From assembly GCA_963745865.1 (NCBI GenBank), contig CAVUYZ010000004.1:149288-213287 (forward strand): DNA of 64,000 nt, read 5' to 3'. Below are positions 39,973 to 50,042 of the stretch, one piece after another (the stretch's first letter is position 1; each line of letters opens with the position of its first letter). The notes beneath the pieces were generated by a model. The model was not told the origin of the DNA. It was given only the letters and a program-made list of their open reading frames with translations, and did no database searches. The translations under genes and the position numbers were made by a program. The DNA is from an uncultured bacterium (GTDB lineage Bacteria > Actinomycetota > Acidimicrobiia > Spongiisociales > ZC4RG35).

Positions 39973-41164
39973 TCAGAGAGACTCGACGTTCTCCGAGCCG
40001 GAGCTGAGGTCGGCCGACGGATTGATGTCCAATCCGAGTGCCGTCTGTGCGACATGCAGGCCCGACACGTCGAAGTAGCCTGCGCCACCTGTCGTTGATG
40101 TCCGGTGCGACGTTCCCGAAGGGGATGACGAACTCCATGAGCCGGTCCATCTCTGCCGGGTCGAAGCCGAGGTCCTGCGTCATCGTCCGGTTGTCGATCT
40201 GGTACACGGCGTCGTCGAAGAACGCATCCGGAAGATCGATCTCGAACTCCTCCGACAGGATCCGGGTCAGATCGTCGAAGTTGTTGGGATCCTTCACCCA
40301 CCGCTGCGCATTGATGTAGGCGTACGCCCATGCAGCAGGGAAGTCGGGATCCGCATCGATGGCTTCCTGGGTCATCGCGAACCCGAACTGCGGAAGGGGG
40401 AGGAAGTCGTTGTACAACGCGCTTCCACCGGCTTCGACTGCGAGCGGGATGTGGCGGGCGAATGCGATGGTCGCATCGATCTGCCCGGTCAGCATGGCCT
40501 GCACCCAGTCGTTGGATCCACCGGTCATCTCCGTCGCGATGACGTCGTTGGCCGGGTCGAGCCCGAGATCTTCGAGCATGTACTTGGCGAACGCCTCGTT
40601 GACGCCACCCGCACGGCCGGTGCCCACCCGCTTGCCGCGGAGGTCGTCGGCTGTGGTGATGCCCTCATTGGCGATGAGGATCAGCGCCTGGGAGCCGAGG
40701 TTGATGTTGAGCATCTTGGCATCGAGGACGTCCTTGTCGATCGCATCGAACAGGACGTCCGAGTCGAAGCCGGCGATCTTGTAGTCGCCCGCGACCATCG
40801 GCACAACCGGGTCATCGGCGTCGTTGACCTCGAAGCCCCTGATCCCCACTTCTTCGAAGAAGCCGAGTTCCTCGGACTGTCCGATGAACAGCGGCGACCG
40901 GAGCATCCGGTTCGGGTTGTTGTACCCGACCGTGAACCCGGTGGCGTCGACCTGAGGAATGCTGGATCCAGCAGTGGTCTCTGGCGCCATGGTCGTAGCG
41001 CTGCCCCCACCGCCCGCTGTCGTAGCGGGAGCCGCCGTTGTCGTCGTTGCAGCGTCATCGGTGCCACAGGCTCCGAGCGCGACCGCGCCGACCGCCAGGC
41101 CGCCCATTCCGAGGAAGCGTCGTCGGGAAATTCCCCCGCTCTGCTCTAGTTCAGATTTGCTCAT
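39973..41164 (-). CDS. NitT/TauT-family (NMT1/SsuA-like) ABC substrate-binding lipoprotein with Tat signal; frame broken near 40087-40093
   Basis: It starts with the Tat signal and lipobox MSKSELEQSGGISRRRFLGMGGLAVGAVALGAC. After ...FGNVAPDIND the true C-terminus, GGAGYFDVSGLHVAQTALGLDINPSADLSSGSENVESL*, is in the +1 frame. Length 1192 = 3n+1. Confidence 0.75.
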
Positions 41165-41189
41165 TGGGTTTCTCTCTCCCTATGTCTCG

Positions 41190-42101
41190 TCAGGCCTTAC
41201 TGGCCTGTCTCCACGGTGCGATCTTCGATTCCATCGATCGCGTTCCCTGCACCAACACCAAGGCGAAAATCGCGAGACTCACCAAGGCGGCGTATGTGAG
41301 GGCACCATTGAATCCGCGCGCTGCGCGGAAAATCAGCCAGCCGAGGCCACCGTCCTTGCTGGCTCCCGTCAGGAACTCAGCGATGACGACACCGACCAGC
41401 CCGCGACTGAGGGCGAGCTGGACTCCGGTGACCACGAACGGAAGCGTGTAGGGCAGAACCACCTTCTGGTAGAGCTCGCGGCGGCTCGCGCCGAACACTC
41501 GTGCGGCGTTGATCAGGGATTGCTCGGTCGTCTTGACTCCTGCCCAGGTGTTGATGATCACCGGGAAGATGGCAGTTGCGATCACGAGGGCGTATTTGAT
41601 CTCGTCTCCGAGGCCCATGAAGAGCACCAACACCGGGAAGATGGCGATCCTCGGGAGCGACGACAGCGTCCAGACATACGGGCTCAGGATGGCGTCTGCC
41701 CACTTGCTGCCGCCCATCATCAGGCCGATGGGGATACCGACCACGATCGAGATGGCGAGGCCGACCGCATACACCTGGAACGTCACCATGAAGTTCTTGG
41801 CGATGACGAAGTTCTGCAGCAGGTCGAAGGTGTTGTTGGAGTCGCCCCCGCCGCCCAACCAGCCGATCTTGAGGGCGGATGCCATGTCAGTGAACTTGGG
41901 GATGAAGGCCGGCTGGTCGTACCAGCTGGCGAAGATCTGCCACAGAATGGCGAAAATCGTGAGGTTGATGAGCGTGATCACCGCGTACCGGCTCCGTCGC
42001 CAGATCCGCTCCGCGGTCCACTCCGCATCGCGCAGTCGAGGCGACGATGAGATCGCCGCGTCTTCGGTTCCCTTGCTCGACGCTGTCACCTGATCGGTCA
42101 C
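41190..42101 (-). CDS. NitT/TauT-family ABC permease
   Basis: GTG at 42101 overlaps the ATPase stop (GTGA). The BPD-type permease core includes ...GASRRELYQKVVLPYTLPFVVTGVQLAL.... Confidence 0.8.
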   Translation of the reverse strand: MTDQVTASSKGTEDAAISSSPRLRDAEWTAERIWRRSRYAVITLINLTIFAILWQIFASWYDQPAFIPKFTDMASALKIGWLGGGGDSNNTFDLLQNFVIAKNFMVTFQVYAVGLAISIVVGIPIGLMMGGSKWADAILSPYVWTLSSLPRIAIFPVLVLFMGLGDEIKYALVIATAIFPVIINTWAGVKTTEQSLINAARVFGASRRELYQKVVLPYTLPFVVTGVQLALSRGLVGVVIAEFLTGASKDGGLGWLIFRAARGFNGALTYAALVSLAIFALVLVQGTRSMESKIAPWRQASKA

Positions 42102-42931
42102 TTCACCACTCCTGCTCGTGCTCCGAGGGCCTCGTCCTTGACCAGTCCCCACAAATGCTGCCGCAGCTCGCCGTACTCGGGATACCGCGTGATCTCCCCC
42201 TCGGCCAAACGGGGGCGTTCGAGGTTGACGTCGATGATCTCGCGCACCGTCCCCGGTCGGTGAGAGATCACTGCGACCCTGTCACCGAGGCTGATGGCTT
42301 CGTCGATGGAGTGCGTGATGAAGATGACCGTCTGTTTCGCCTCCATCACGAGAAGCTCGAGCTGTCCCTGGAGCACCTCGCGGGTCATCGCGTCGAGTGC
42401 GCCGAATGGCTCGTCGGCGAGGAGGAGCTTGGGCTGGGTGACCATCGCTCTGGCGATGCCGACCCGCTGACGCATGCCTCCGGACAGCTCATGTGGATAG
42501 GAGTTCTCGAAACCCTGGAGGCCGACGTTGGAGATCATCTCGCTGATCTCGTCGTCGATCTGATCGGATGTCAGGCCGCTGTCGCGCAATTCGAATGGCA
42601 TGCGAACGTTTTGCTCGACGGTTCTCCACGGCATGATGGCGTAGTCCTGGAAGACCATCGCCCTGTCCCGCGATGTTCCCTCGATCGGCTTGCCGTCGTA
42701 GGTGACGGTGCCCTCCCACGGCTCCAGCAAACCGGCGACGGCGTTGATGAAGGTGGTCTTGCCGCACCCTGATGGGCCGACGAGAACCATGAACTCGCCC
42801 TCGTGGATGGTGAGATTGATGTTGGACAGTGCCGTCAGGAGCTTGCGCTCCCGTTCCAGCTCGTACCCAACGGTCAGGTTCTCTGCCACGACGAGCGGCT
42901 TGCCTCGTGACGAGGATCCAGACGATGTCAC
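42098..42931 (-). CDS. NitT/TauT-family ABC ATP-binding protein
   Basis: 277 aa with Walker A GPSGCGKTT, signature [14 protein letters not shown] and Walker B LLADEPFGALD. Confidence 0.88.
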   Translation of the reverse strand: MTSSGSSSRGKPLVVAENLTVGYELERERKLLTALSNINLTIHEGEFMVLVGPSGCGKTTFINAVAGLLEPWEGTVTYDGKPIEGTSRDRAMVFQDYAIMPWRTVEQNVRMPFELRDSGLTSDQIDDEISEMISNVGLQGFENSYPHELSGGMRQRVGIARAMVTQPKLLLADEPFGALDAMTREVLQGQLELLVMEAKQTVIFITHSIDEAISLGDRVAVISHRPGTVREIIDVNLERPRLAEGEITRYPEYGELRQHLWGLVKDEALGARAGVVK

Positions 42932-42952
42932 TGTGTTTGCCTCCGAACCGAC

Positions 42953-42966
42953 CGCAATCGTTTGCA
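42953..42966. promoter_or_regulatory. LacI-type palindromic operator candidate (site 3 of 7)
   Basis: CGCAATCGTTTGCA lies about 25 bp upstream of the ABC ATPase start, in a relatively AT-rich leader. Confidence 0.5.
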
Positions 42967-43040
42967 GACTGAAAGCTACTCCCCTGAAATCAAGGTTTCA
43001 ACAAATCGCCACAATTTCTTCTCGACCGGTTGATCCAGTA

Positions 43041-43907
43041 TCACACACCGAGCAGGCTACGAGCGTTGTCTCGCAAGATCTTCGGGCGGATCGAGTCCTT
43101 GATCGGGAGTTCGGCGAATTCGGAGATCCAACGGTCGACGTCGATCACCGGCCAGTCGCTGCCGAACAGGACGCGGTCCTGGATGAGGCTGTTGGCGTAG
43201 TGAACGACCTCGGCCGGGAAGTACCGGGGAGCGAACCCCGAGAGATCGATCCAGATGTTCGACTTGTGCCAGCACGCGGCGAGCGCCTCGGAGTGGAAGG
43301 GCCAGCCGGGGTGGGCGTGGATGATCTGCAACTCGGGGAAGTCGGCAGCGAGGTCATCGAGGTAGGGGATCGCCCGTCCCGCCTCGAGCTTGTAGCCCAT
43401 CCCACCGGGACGTCCCGCGCCGGCCCCGGCGAACCCCATGTGGAACATCACCACCAGGCCCAGCTCCTGGCACACCTCCCAGATCGGGTAGAAGGTCTCG
43501 TCGTTGAGGAGGAAGTGCTGGCGCACCGGGTTGAGCTCGCCCACGCCCCGGATCCCGAACTCGGCATGACATCGTCTGATCTCCTCGATCGCCGCGTGAC
43601 CCTTGTGGGGGTCGATACCGGCGAAGGGGATGAACACGTCGGGGTGATCCACGGTCGCTTGGCCGATCAGATCGTTCGGCGCGCCGGGAACGCCGGAGGT
43701 CGTCTCGTCGTCCGAGTTGCACAGGACGGCCATCATGCGGCGATCGCGAAACATGTCGGCCTGCTCAGCGAATGAGACCGGGGAGCGCTCTTGTTGGAAG
43801 TGCTCGCCCATCTGTCGGCGGCGGGCGCCCATGGCGGCCAGGAACTCTTCGGTCTGTGGGTGGGTGTGGATGTCGATGGCGACGACGTCGTCACGGTGCA
43901 GCGGCAT
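43041..43907 (-). CDS. amidohydrolase_2 (ACMSD/TIM-barrel metal-dependent hydrolase or decarboxylase) family protein
   Basis: 288 aa containing VAIDIHTHPQT...MFHMG...IIHAHPGWPF...LFGSDWP. Confidence 0.75.
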   Translation of the reverse strand: MPLHRDDVVAIDIHTHPQTEEFLAAMGARRRQMGEHFQQERSPVSFAEQADMFRDRRMMAVLCNSDDETTSGVPGAPNDLIGQATVDHPDVFIPFAGIDPHKGHAAIEEIRRCHAEFGIRGVGELNPVRQHFLLNDETFYPIWEVCQELGLVVMFHMGFAGAGAGRPGGMGYKLEAGRAIPYLDDLAADFPELQIIHAHPGWPFHSEALAACWHKSNIWIDLSGFAPRYFPAEVVHYANSLIQDRVLFGSDWPVIDVDRWISEFAELPIKDSIRPKILRDNARSLLGV

Positions 43908-45092
43908 TCAGATCACTTCTCTTTCGCGGAGGTCACGTATCTCCTCCTGGGTGAATCCGTGGTCGGCCAGGACCCGCTCGGTGTGCTGACCGAGGTCCGG
44001 TGCTGGCGGGTCGATGTGAAGCGGTGATCCGCTCATCTGGAACTGCGGGCCGACCTGGCGAAGGGGGCGTTCGTCGGGGCCGAGGTCGAGGCTCTCGACG
44101 ATACCGAGCTCGATCACCTGCGGATCGTCGAACAACTCGTCGAACCCGTTGATCGGACCGTGCGGAACGTCCGCTCGCTCGAGGATGTCGAACCACTCGT
44201 CCCGTGTCCGGCTTCGGGCGGCCGCCTTGAGGGTTCGGTCGAGGGCGGTGTAGTTGTCGTGGCGGGCGGAGCGGTCCGCGAACTTCGGGTCATCGCGGAG
44301 TTCGATGAGGTCGAACGCCTCGGTGACCGCCAGCCAGAACTTCTCGGGCACCGACATGTGGACGACGAACGGCAGGCTGTCCGAGGAAACCAGTCCGTAC
44401 GCCTGGGCCCGTCGCTGGCGGGTGTTCGAGACCGTGACCTGCCCCTGATCGAGGAAGACGGATCCGGGCTCGGCGAGCAAACCGATCACGGACCGGAGCA
44501 TCGAGACATCGACGAACTGGCCCTTCCCGGTCTCGTGCCGCTCATAGAGCGCGGCCAGGATCCCATGAACGGCGGACAGCCCGGCGAGGAGATCGGAGAA
44601 GGCCGGGCCCACCGGTTGCGGGCTCTCGAGGTCGATCAGCTGGGAGAACAGCCCGCCCATGGCGGAGATGACGGTGTCGTACGCCGGGCGCCCCGCATAC
44701 GGTCCGGTGGCTCCGAATCCGGTGATGGCGCAATACACCAGACCGGGGTTTCGCTCCGACAGCGTCGACCAGCCGATCCCGAGGCGATCCATCACACCCG
44801 GTCGGAAGTTCTCGAGAACGACATCGGCCGAGTCGGCCATCCGCAGGAACACCTCGGCTCCGCCGGGTTGCTTCAAGTCGAGCGTGATCCCCCGTTTGGT
44901 CCGGTTGTACACCGCGAACTGGGGGCTGTGGTCTCGATCCCCCGATTGCCAATGGCGCATCGGGTCGCCTGTCCCGGGCGGTTCCACCTTGATGACGTCG
45001 GCGCCCAACTCGCCAAGCAGCTTTCCGGCGACCGGGGCGGCGATGTAGCGCGACAGTTCGAGGACCCGGACACCGTCGAGGGACCCGCTCAT
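43908..45092 (-). CDS. family III CoA-transferase (CaiB/BaiF type)
   Basis: From MSGSLDGVRVLELSRYIAAPVAGKLLGELGADVIKVEPP..GDP.R...VLENFRPGVMDRLG. The ATG at 45092 overlaps the OsmC stop (ATGA). Confidence 0.85.
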   Translation of the reverse strand: MSGSLDGVRVLELSRYIAAPVAGKLLGELGADVIKVEPPGTGDPMRHWQSGDRDHSPQFAVYNRTKRGITLDLKQPGGAEVFLRMADSADVVLENFRPGVMDRLGIGWSTLSERNPGLVYCAITGFGATGPYAGRPAYDTVISAMGGLFSQLIDLESPQPVGPAFSDLLAGLSAVHGILAALYERHETGKGQFVDVSMLRSVIGLLAEPGSVFLDQGQVTVSNTRQRRAQAYGLVSSDSLPFVVHMSVPEKFWLAVTEAFDLIELRDDPKFADRSARHDNYTALDRTLKAAARSRTRDEWFDILERADVPHGPINGFDELFDDPQVIELGIVESLDLGPDERPLRQVGPQFQMSGSPLHIDPPAPDLGQHTERVLADHGFTQEEIRDLREREVI

Positions 45093-45652
45093 GCGTCGAG
45101 GCCCTCGGGAACCGTGTCCCTGATCAGCCGATCCCGGTGGTGGAGTCGCTCGTAGATCGGCACCGCCTTCGAGACCAACGAGTACACCGGGCAGCGGGCG
45201 TTCGCTTCGTCGGCCATCGACAGGACCGCAGCAGAGTCGGAGGGACTGTCGACGCGTGCCTCGATCACGATCCATTGTGGGTGGGGAGGGATTCCGTCGA
45301 TGAGGTGCTCGCCGCGCATGTCCATGTATGTCAGCACGTCGATCTCGAGGTCATCGATCTGACATCCGGAGAGCGCGGCGCCCTTGGCGTACCAGACCTG
45401 CATGCAGAACGCGAGCCCGGAGAGGAAGTACCGGAGCGGGCTGGGCGCGGCGTCCGAGCCGGCCCGACCGCTCGACTCATCGCACTCGAATGAGAAGGCT
45501 TTGTCGTACTGGACGAAGTCCGACCTGGCATGGACGTCCTCTATCAGCGTCGTCGAAACGCGCGGTCGGACATGGCCCGCCGCGTCATCGCGTTGCAGGA
45601 GGGCAGTGGTCTGTTCGACGTTGTCGCGTAGTCGTCGTGCATCGACTCTCAT
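45089..45652 (-). CDS. OsmC/Ohr-family protein (both Cys present)
   Basis: 187 aa containing PSPLRYFLSGLAFCMQV...ANARCPVYSL. Confidence 0.7.
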   Translation of the reverse strand: MRVDARRLRDNVEQTTALLQRDDAAGHVRPRVSTTLIEDVHARSDFVQYDKAFSFECDESSGRAGSDAAPSPLRYFLSGLAFCMQVWYAKGAALSGCQIDDLEIDVLTYMDMRGEHLIDGIPPHPQWIVIEARVDSPSDSAAVLSMADEANARCPVYSLVSKAVPIYERLHHRDRLIRDTVPEGLDA

Positions 45653-46681
45653 CCGTCTTCTCCCATCTCGATGACGACCTTTCCGATCCGGTCCCGGTCT
45701 CCGACCGCCTCCAGTGCCTCCGGCAGGTCCTCGAGCGGGAACCGGGAGGCGATGACCGGATGGATGCCGTGCTCGCCGAGCATCCGGTACGTGTCGCGGA
45801 AGTCGACATCGTGTGTCCCGGCTGAGCCGATGACGCCGTGCCGCGACCGATAGAGCTGCAGGACGTCCAACTCGATGACCGCGCCACGCTCTGCCCCGAC
45901 CACGACCATCCGTCCCGCCCTGCCGAGAGCGGCCATGGCCGTGGCGATGACCGTTGAGACGCCGGTGGTTTCGATGACCAGGTCGACGCCGGCACCGTCG
46001 GTGTGCTCCCTGATGAGGCCGGAGGGGTCGGGGTCCGTCCCATCGATGGAGATGGCGGCCCCGAGTCCGATGGCGGCAGCTCGCTTGGGACTGGTCGACG
46101 CAAGCGCAATGACGCGATGGCCGAGCGCAGCAGCGAGTTGCACTGCCGCGGTACCGAGCGCGCCGCCGGCGCCGGTGACGAGGACGTTTGCTTCTGGAGG
46201 CATGTCGCCGGCTGCCCGGATCATCCGCAACACGATGGCGTGCGTATGGGCAGCGGCGGCAGCCTCGGCGTGGCTGACCGAGTCGGGGATCCGGATCAGG
46301 TTGGAGCGCGGCACCGCGACGAGCTCGGCGTACCCCCCGGGGCGATGCAGCCCCATGAAGGTTGCGTTGGCGCAGTCACCGCTGCGCCCCGCCCGGCAGA
46401 AACGGCACCGGCCGCAGGAGATCGAAGGCTTCACGGCCACCCGGAGCCCCGGCACCATCGGCTCCGGTGCCCTCGACAACCACCCCGGAGGCGTCGATGC
46501 CCTGGATCAGTGGGAAGGTGGCGACGCCGCCCATCGCGACACCCCGATAGACGGCCAGGTCCAGCCGGTTGACCGATGCGGCATGGACCCGGACCAGGAC
46601 CTCGCCGGATCGTCGCCCGGGGTCAACGATCTCAACGATGTCGATCGGACCGTTCGCTGCACGGGTGATCGCGGCTTTCAT
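45649..46681 (-). CDS. zinc-type (MDR) alcohol dehydrogenase; frame broken in the C-run 46447-46450
   Basis: MKAAITRAANGPIDIVEIVDPG..VLVRVHAASVNRLD...GIDASGVVVEGTGADGAG joins LRVAVKPSISCGRCRFCRAGRSGDC...VTGAGGALG.... Length 1033 = 3n+1. Confidence 0.8.
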
Positions 46682-46764
46682 GCCGGGTAGGAGCCGAGCC
46701 CGGCAGCGCAGCGGGTGGTGATTCGTGAATCCGAGCGTTCCCGCCGGACGGTGACGAGAGAGCG

Positions 46765-46778
46765 CGCAACCGATTGCA
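46765..46778. promoter_or_regulatory. LacI-type palindromic operator candidate (site 4 of 7)
   Basis: CGCAACCGATTGCA lies in the divergent region between the ADH (start 46681) and the O-methyltransferase (start 46844). Confidence 0.5.
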
Positions 46779-46843
46779 TGCGGGCGGATCCTAGGACGGT
46801 TGTCACGTACGATGGCGCGGAAAGCGTCTCTCCGAGGGGTTGC

Positions 46844-47500
46844 ATGCAACGAAAGTCCATCGAGGGCAGCGCAGAGATGCAGGCCTACGTCCTGGGCCAC
46901 TCAGAGCAGCTCGAGCCGCACCACCTCGCTCTGATCGACGACACCGAGCGAATCTTCCCCGACATGACCTTGTATCAGATTCCGCCGGAACAGGGTCTGG
47001 CGCTGCGCATGCTCACCCGGATCGTCGCTCCGTCTCGGGTGCTCGAGATCGGGACCTTCACCGGGCTCTCGGCGATGCTGATCGCAGAGGGGATGGGGCA
47101 GGGCGGCCAGATGCTGTGCCTCGACATCAACCCCGAGACGGGAGCGCTGGCGAAAGCTCATTGGGAACGGGCCGGACTCGGGGATCGGATCTCACTCGAG
47201 ATCGGCCCAGCCTCCGAGACGCTCCACTCGCTGGCGGGGGACCGATTCGACATGGTGTTTCTCGACGCGGACAAACCCGGCTACATCGGATACTTCGAGG
47301 CCGTGCTGCCGATGCTCGACCGCGGTGGGCTGATCGTCGCCGATAACACGTTGCTGCGGAACACGGTCATCGATCCCGACGAGGTTGGAGAGACCACCGC
47401 TGCCCTGCGGGCGTTCAACGAGCACGTCGCCAATCATCCCGCCGTCGATACGGTGATCATTCCCGTGTACGACGGGCTCACCCTCATCAGGAAGCGGTGA
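46844..47500 (+). CDS. class I SAM-dependent O-methyltransferase (caffeoyl-CoA OMT-like)
   Basis: MQRKSIEGSAEMQAYV...VLEIGTFTGLSAMLIAEG...FDMVFLDADKPGY...GGLIVADNTL. Confidence 0.8.
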   Translation: MQRKSIEGSAEMQAYVLGHSEQLEPHHLALIDDTERIFPDMTLYQIPPEQGLALRMLTRIVAPSRVLEIGTFTGLSAMLIAEGMGQGGQMLCLDINPETGALAKAHWERAGLGDRISLEIGPASETLHSLAGDRFDMVFLDADKPGYIGYFEAVLPMLDRGGLIVADNTLLRNTVIDPDEVGETTAALRAFNEHVANHPAVDTVIIPVYDGLTLIRKR

Positions 47501-48172
47501 GTCACGTCGACGTTCCGCTCCGGCAGGTCCGGATACCCGGAGCAGGCATCGAGCTCGATGCGCTGATCGCCGGCGAGACCGGGCACACCCGGCGCCCCCA
47601 TCCTGATGATCCACGAGAACCGGGGACTCGTCCCGTACATGATCGAGGTCATGGCGTCGCTGGCTGACGCCGGTCATCTCGTTCTCGCACCGGACCTGCT
47701 GTCGAGGATCGGAGGGTCTCCGTCCGGTGGCGGCCGATCGTCGATCACGACCAGGGAGATCGACGAGGAGACTCACGAGGCCGACCTCGTGTCCACGTTC
47801 GACTGGATGACCGCCGAGATCGGGCTGCCGTCCGTCCTTGGGCTGTGTTTCGGCGCCGAGATGGGCTGGAGGCTCATCACTCGTCGCAGACCGTCACGGG
47901 CCGCGCTCCTCTACGGGATCGGCCCAGACCCCGATGCCGCGAGGCGTATCGAGGTCCCGGTGTACGCGGCGTACGCCGAAGACGACCCGCGGGTGAACGA
48001 CACGCTGCCACCGCTGTGCGATGCGCTGGTCGACTCGGCCGGCGAGATCACGATGGAGTGCTTTCCCGGAACCAGGCACGCGTTCCATGACCACACCCGG
48101 CCCGATCGGTACCACCCGACGTGCGCCGCAGCGATGTGGGAACGGGTCACTGCATTTCTCCAGCAGGATTGA
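47497..48172 (+). CDS. dienelactone hydrolase-family protein; frame broken near 47581-47585
   Basis: GTG at 47497 overlaps the OMT stop (GTGA). VSHVDVPLRQVRIPGAGIELDALIAGETG joins TPGAPILMIHENRGLVPYMIEVMASLADAGHLVLAPDL.... Length 676 = 3n+1. Confidence 0.7.
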
Positions 48173-48192
48173 CCCGGGTTTCGGCTGGTGGG

Positions 48193-48206
48193 CGCAAACG
48201 ATTGCG
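48193..48206. promoter_or_regulatory. LacI-type palindromic operator candidate (site 5 of 7)
   Basis: CGCAAACGATTGCG lies upstream of the OsmC-ligBA operon. Confidence 0.5.
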
Positions 48207-48339
48207 GTACGCTCCGTCGTATGGCTGATCCGAGCATCGAAGCAGCGATCGATCACCGGGTACCTCCGGTGTGTCGAGAATGACGTCCCGGCATGGAGCG
48301 TGCGGCTCGGAGCAGCAGACCCGGATCGAGGAGCGAGTC

Positions 48340-48804
48340 ATGGCACCTGAGTACACATCCCGCGTGACGATCGAGCGGATCCGCGGCCCCATCCGTCGCG
48401 CAACCATCCCGGCACGTGCGGAGCCGATCACCTTCGGCGTGCACTCGGAGGTCGCCGAGCACTACGGGGTCTCACCCGACGAGTTTCCGCCGGACGCCAC
48501 CACTCTCGACTACCTCGTCGCTGCGGCAGGCGGTTGACTGACCGGCACCTTCGGGGGCGCGCTGGAGGCGCGTGGCATCACGGCAAGCGGTGGAACCCTC
48601 ATCGGAGAGGTCACCGGAGAGATCGAAAAGGAAGGATCGGTTCTCATCATCACGAAGATTCATGTCAACTATCGGCTGGCCAACGTCGATCCGGCCGAGC
48701 GGCAAACGGTCGAGCGCGTGCTGGGGTTCCATGCCGACAAGTGCCCGGTCGCCCGATCGATCTCACCTCAGATCGCGATCACCACCTCCGTCGAGTACGT
48801 CTAG
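48340..48804 (+). CDS. OsmC-family peroxiredoxin-like protein with in-frame TGA (48535..48537) at the first conserved Cys position; candidate selenoprotein
   Basis: ATG at 48340 follows gaggag. The reading is MAPEYTSRVTIERI...TLDYLVAAAGG-TGA-LTGTFGGALEARGITASGGTLIGEVTGEIEKEGSVLIITKIHVNYRL...VLGFHADKCPVARSI..VEYV-TAG. The same frame stays open with high GC3 for 89 codons after the TGA and contains the second OsmC motif (KCPV). Confidence 0.6.
48557..48573 (+). other. SECIS-like stem-loop downstream of the OsmC TGA
   Basis: gcgcgc-tggag-gcgcgt forms a 6-bp stem including one G-U pair. The loop starts 25 nt after the TGA and has G at its second position. Confidence 0.3.
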
Positions 48805-48812
48805 AGGCAGAG

Positions 48813-49655
48813 ATGGCGACGATTGCGACGATCTGCGGCGTGCCCCACAACCCGCTGCTGTGGCGGGTGACGAGAGGTGACCCCCTTCCCGATGACCTCG
48901 AGCGGACGATGGCCAATTTCGAGCGCTTCGGGCGGGGGATGCGAGACGCTGGTGTCGACGCCATGATCGTGGTCGGATCGGATCATCTCCGCCAGTTCAC
49001 ATGGTCGAACTCCCCGGCGTTCTGTATCGGCAAGTCGAACCGATTCGCCGCCACACACGAGAACGAGATCCGGACCTTCGGCCTGGAGCCGTGGGAGCTC
49101 CATGGCGATGAAGAGCTCGCAGGTTGGCTCTTGGGGCGAACGACGATGGAACCGACCGTCGACTTCGCCATGTCGAACGAGTGGGTGCTGGACCACTCCT
49201 TCACCGTGCCTGCCGTGTTCATGACCCCCGACCTCGATATCCCGATCGTGCCGATCCACACCAACGCCAACATCCCACCGATCCCGAGATCGGAGCGGTT
49301 TGCAGCGCTTGGGAGACACCTACGCACCCGCATCGAAGCGGCGCCGTTCGACCGGCGTGTGGCGATCGTGACCTCTGGCCATCTCGCCACCGAGATCGGG
49401 GGCCCCCGTCAGTTCCTGGGTGGCGGCTCTCCCGATCAAGCGTTCGACGAGGAAGCCGTGGGTTGGATGACGTCCGGTGATCTCGATGCTGCCGTTGCCG
49501 GCTGCACGTTCGAGCGAATCGCTGCGGCCGGAAACGTGACGGGACAGTTCTTGAACTTCCTGGTGGCTCTGGCTGCCGCAGGGGCGCCCGCCGACTTCGC
49601 AGAGGCGACGCCGTCCCGGTTCGCCAATGGGCCGTTCTTCTGGTGGTCGACATGA
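48813..49655 (+). CDS. class III extradiol ring-cleavage dioxygenase, LigB-type catalytic subunit
   Basis: MATIATICGVPHNPLL...MIVVGSDHLRQF...DHSFTVPAVFM..PIVPIHTNAN...IVTSGHLATE. Confidence 0.8.
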   Translation: MATIATICGVPHNPLLWRVTRGDPLPDDLERTMANFERFGRGMRDAGVDAMIVVGSDHLRQFTWSNSPAFCIGKSNRFAATHENEIRTFGLEPWELHGDEELAGWLLGRTTMEPTVDFAMSNEWVLDHSFTVPAVFMTPDLDIPIVPIHTNANIPPIPRSERFAALGRHLRTRIEAAPFDRRVAIVTSGHLATEIGGPRQFLGGGSPDQAFDEEAVGWMTSGDLDAAVAGCTFERIAAAGNVTGQFLNFLVALAAAGAPADFAEATPSRFANGPFFWWST

Positions 49656-49996
49656 GCCGGTATTCGCTGGACAAGTTCCTGGCCCACGTCGAAGGATCGG
49701 ACGACGAAGTGCGGCGTTACGTTGCCGACCCCTCCGGATATGTCCGGGCATGGATGGATCGAGCCGACACGAGCAGGCTTCCAACGCCCGACTCGGGTCA
49801 GCTGACCGACGAGGAACGAGACGCCCTCGTCGCGATCGACCACGCCGAGTTGTATCGGTTCGGCGCCCACCCGTATCTGCTGTGGCATTTCGTGGAGGCG
49901 GTTCGGGTCTGGGCCGGGAACATCGCCTGGCCAGAGATGGTGGACCGTTATCGCCGCGACATCGGCCAACACGGAGTCCCCTGGTACGGCACATGA
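49652..49996 (+). CDS. LigA-type small subunit of extradiol dioxygenase
   Basis: The ATG overlaps the ligB-type stop (ATGA). The 114 aa product reads MSRYSLDKFLAHV...DEERDALVAIDHAELYRFGAHPYLLWHF. Confidence 0.65.
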   Translation: MSRYSLDKFLAHVEGSDDEVRRYVADPSGYVRAWMDRADTSRLPTPDSGQLTDEERDALVAIDHAELYRFGAHPYLLWHFVEAVRVWAGNIAWPEMVDRYRRDIGQHGVPWYGT

Positions 49997-50042
49997 CAAC
50001 GATGGCAGCACGATCAGAACACGGCAGAACGAGGAGGACGAG

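Noticed and set aside
48535-48537. The TGA as an ordinary stop or nonsense mutation that splits the OsmC gene.
   Set aside because: This is not fully excluded, but I disfavour it for four reasons. The codon is in frame and sits exactly at the catalytic Cys. Coding signal continues downstream. A second gene (63856..63854) shows the same thing at a CxxC cysteine. Both TGAs have downstream hairpins. It is therefore kept as a finding, not dismissed.
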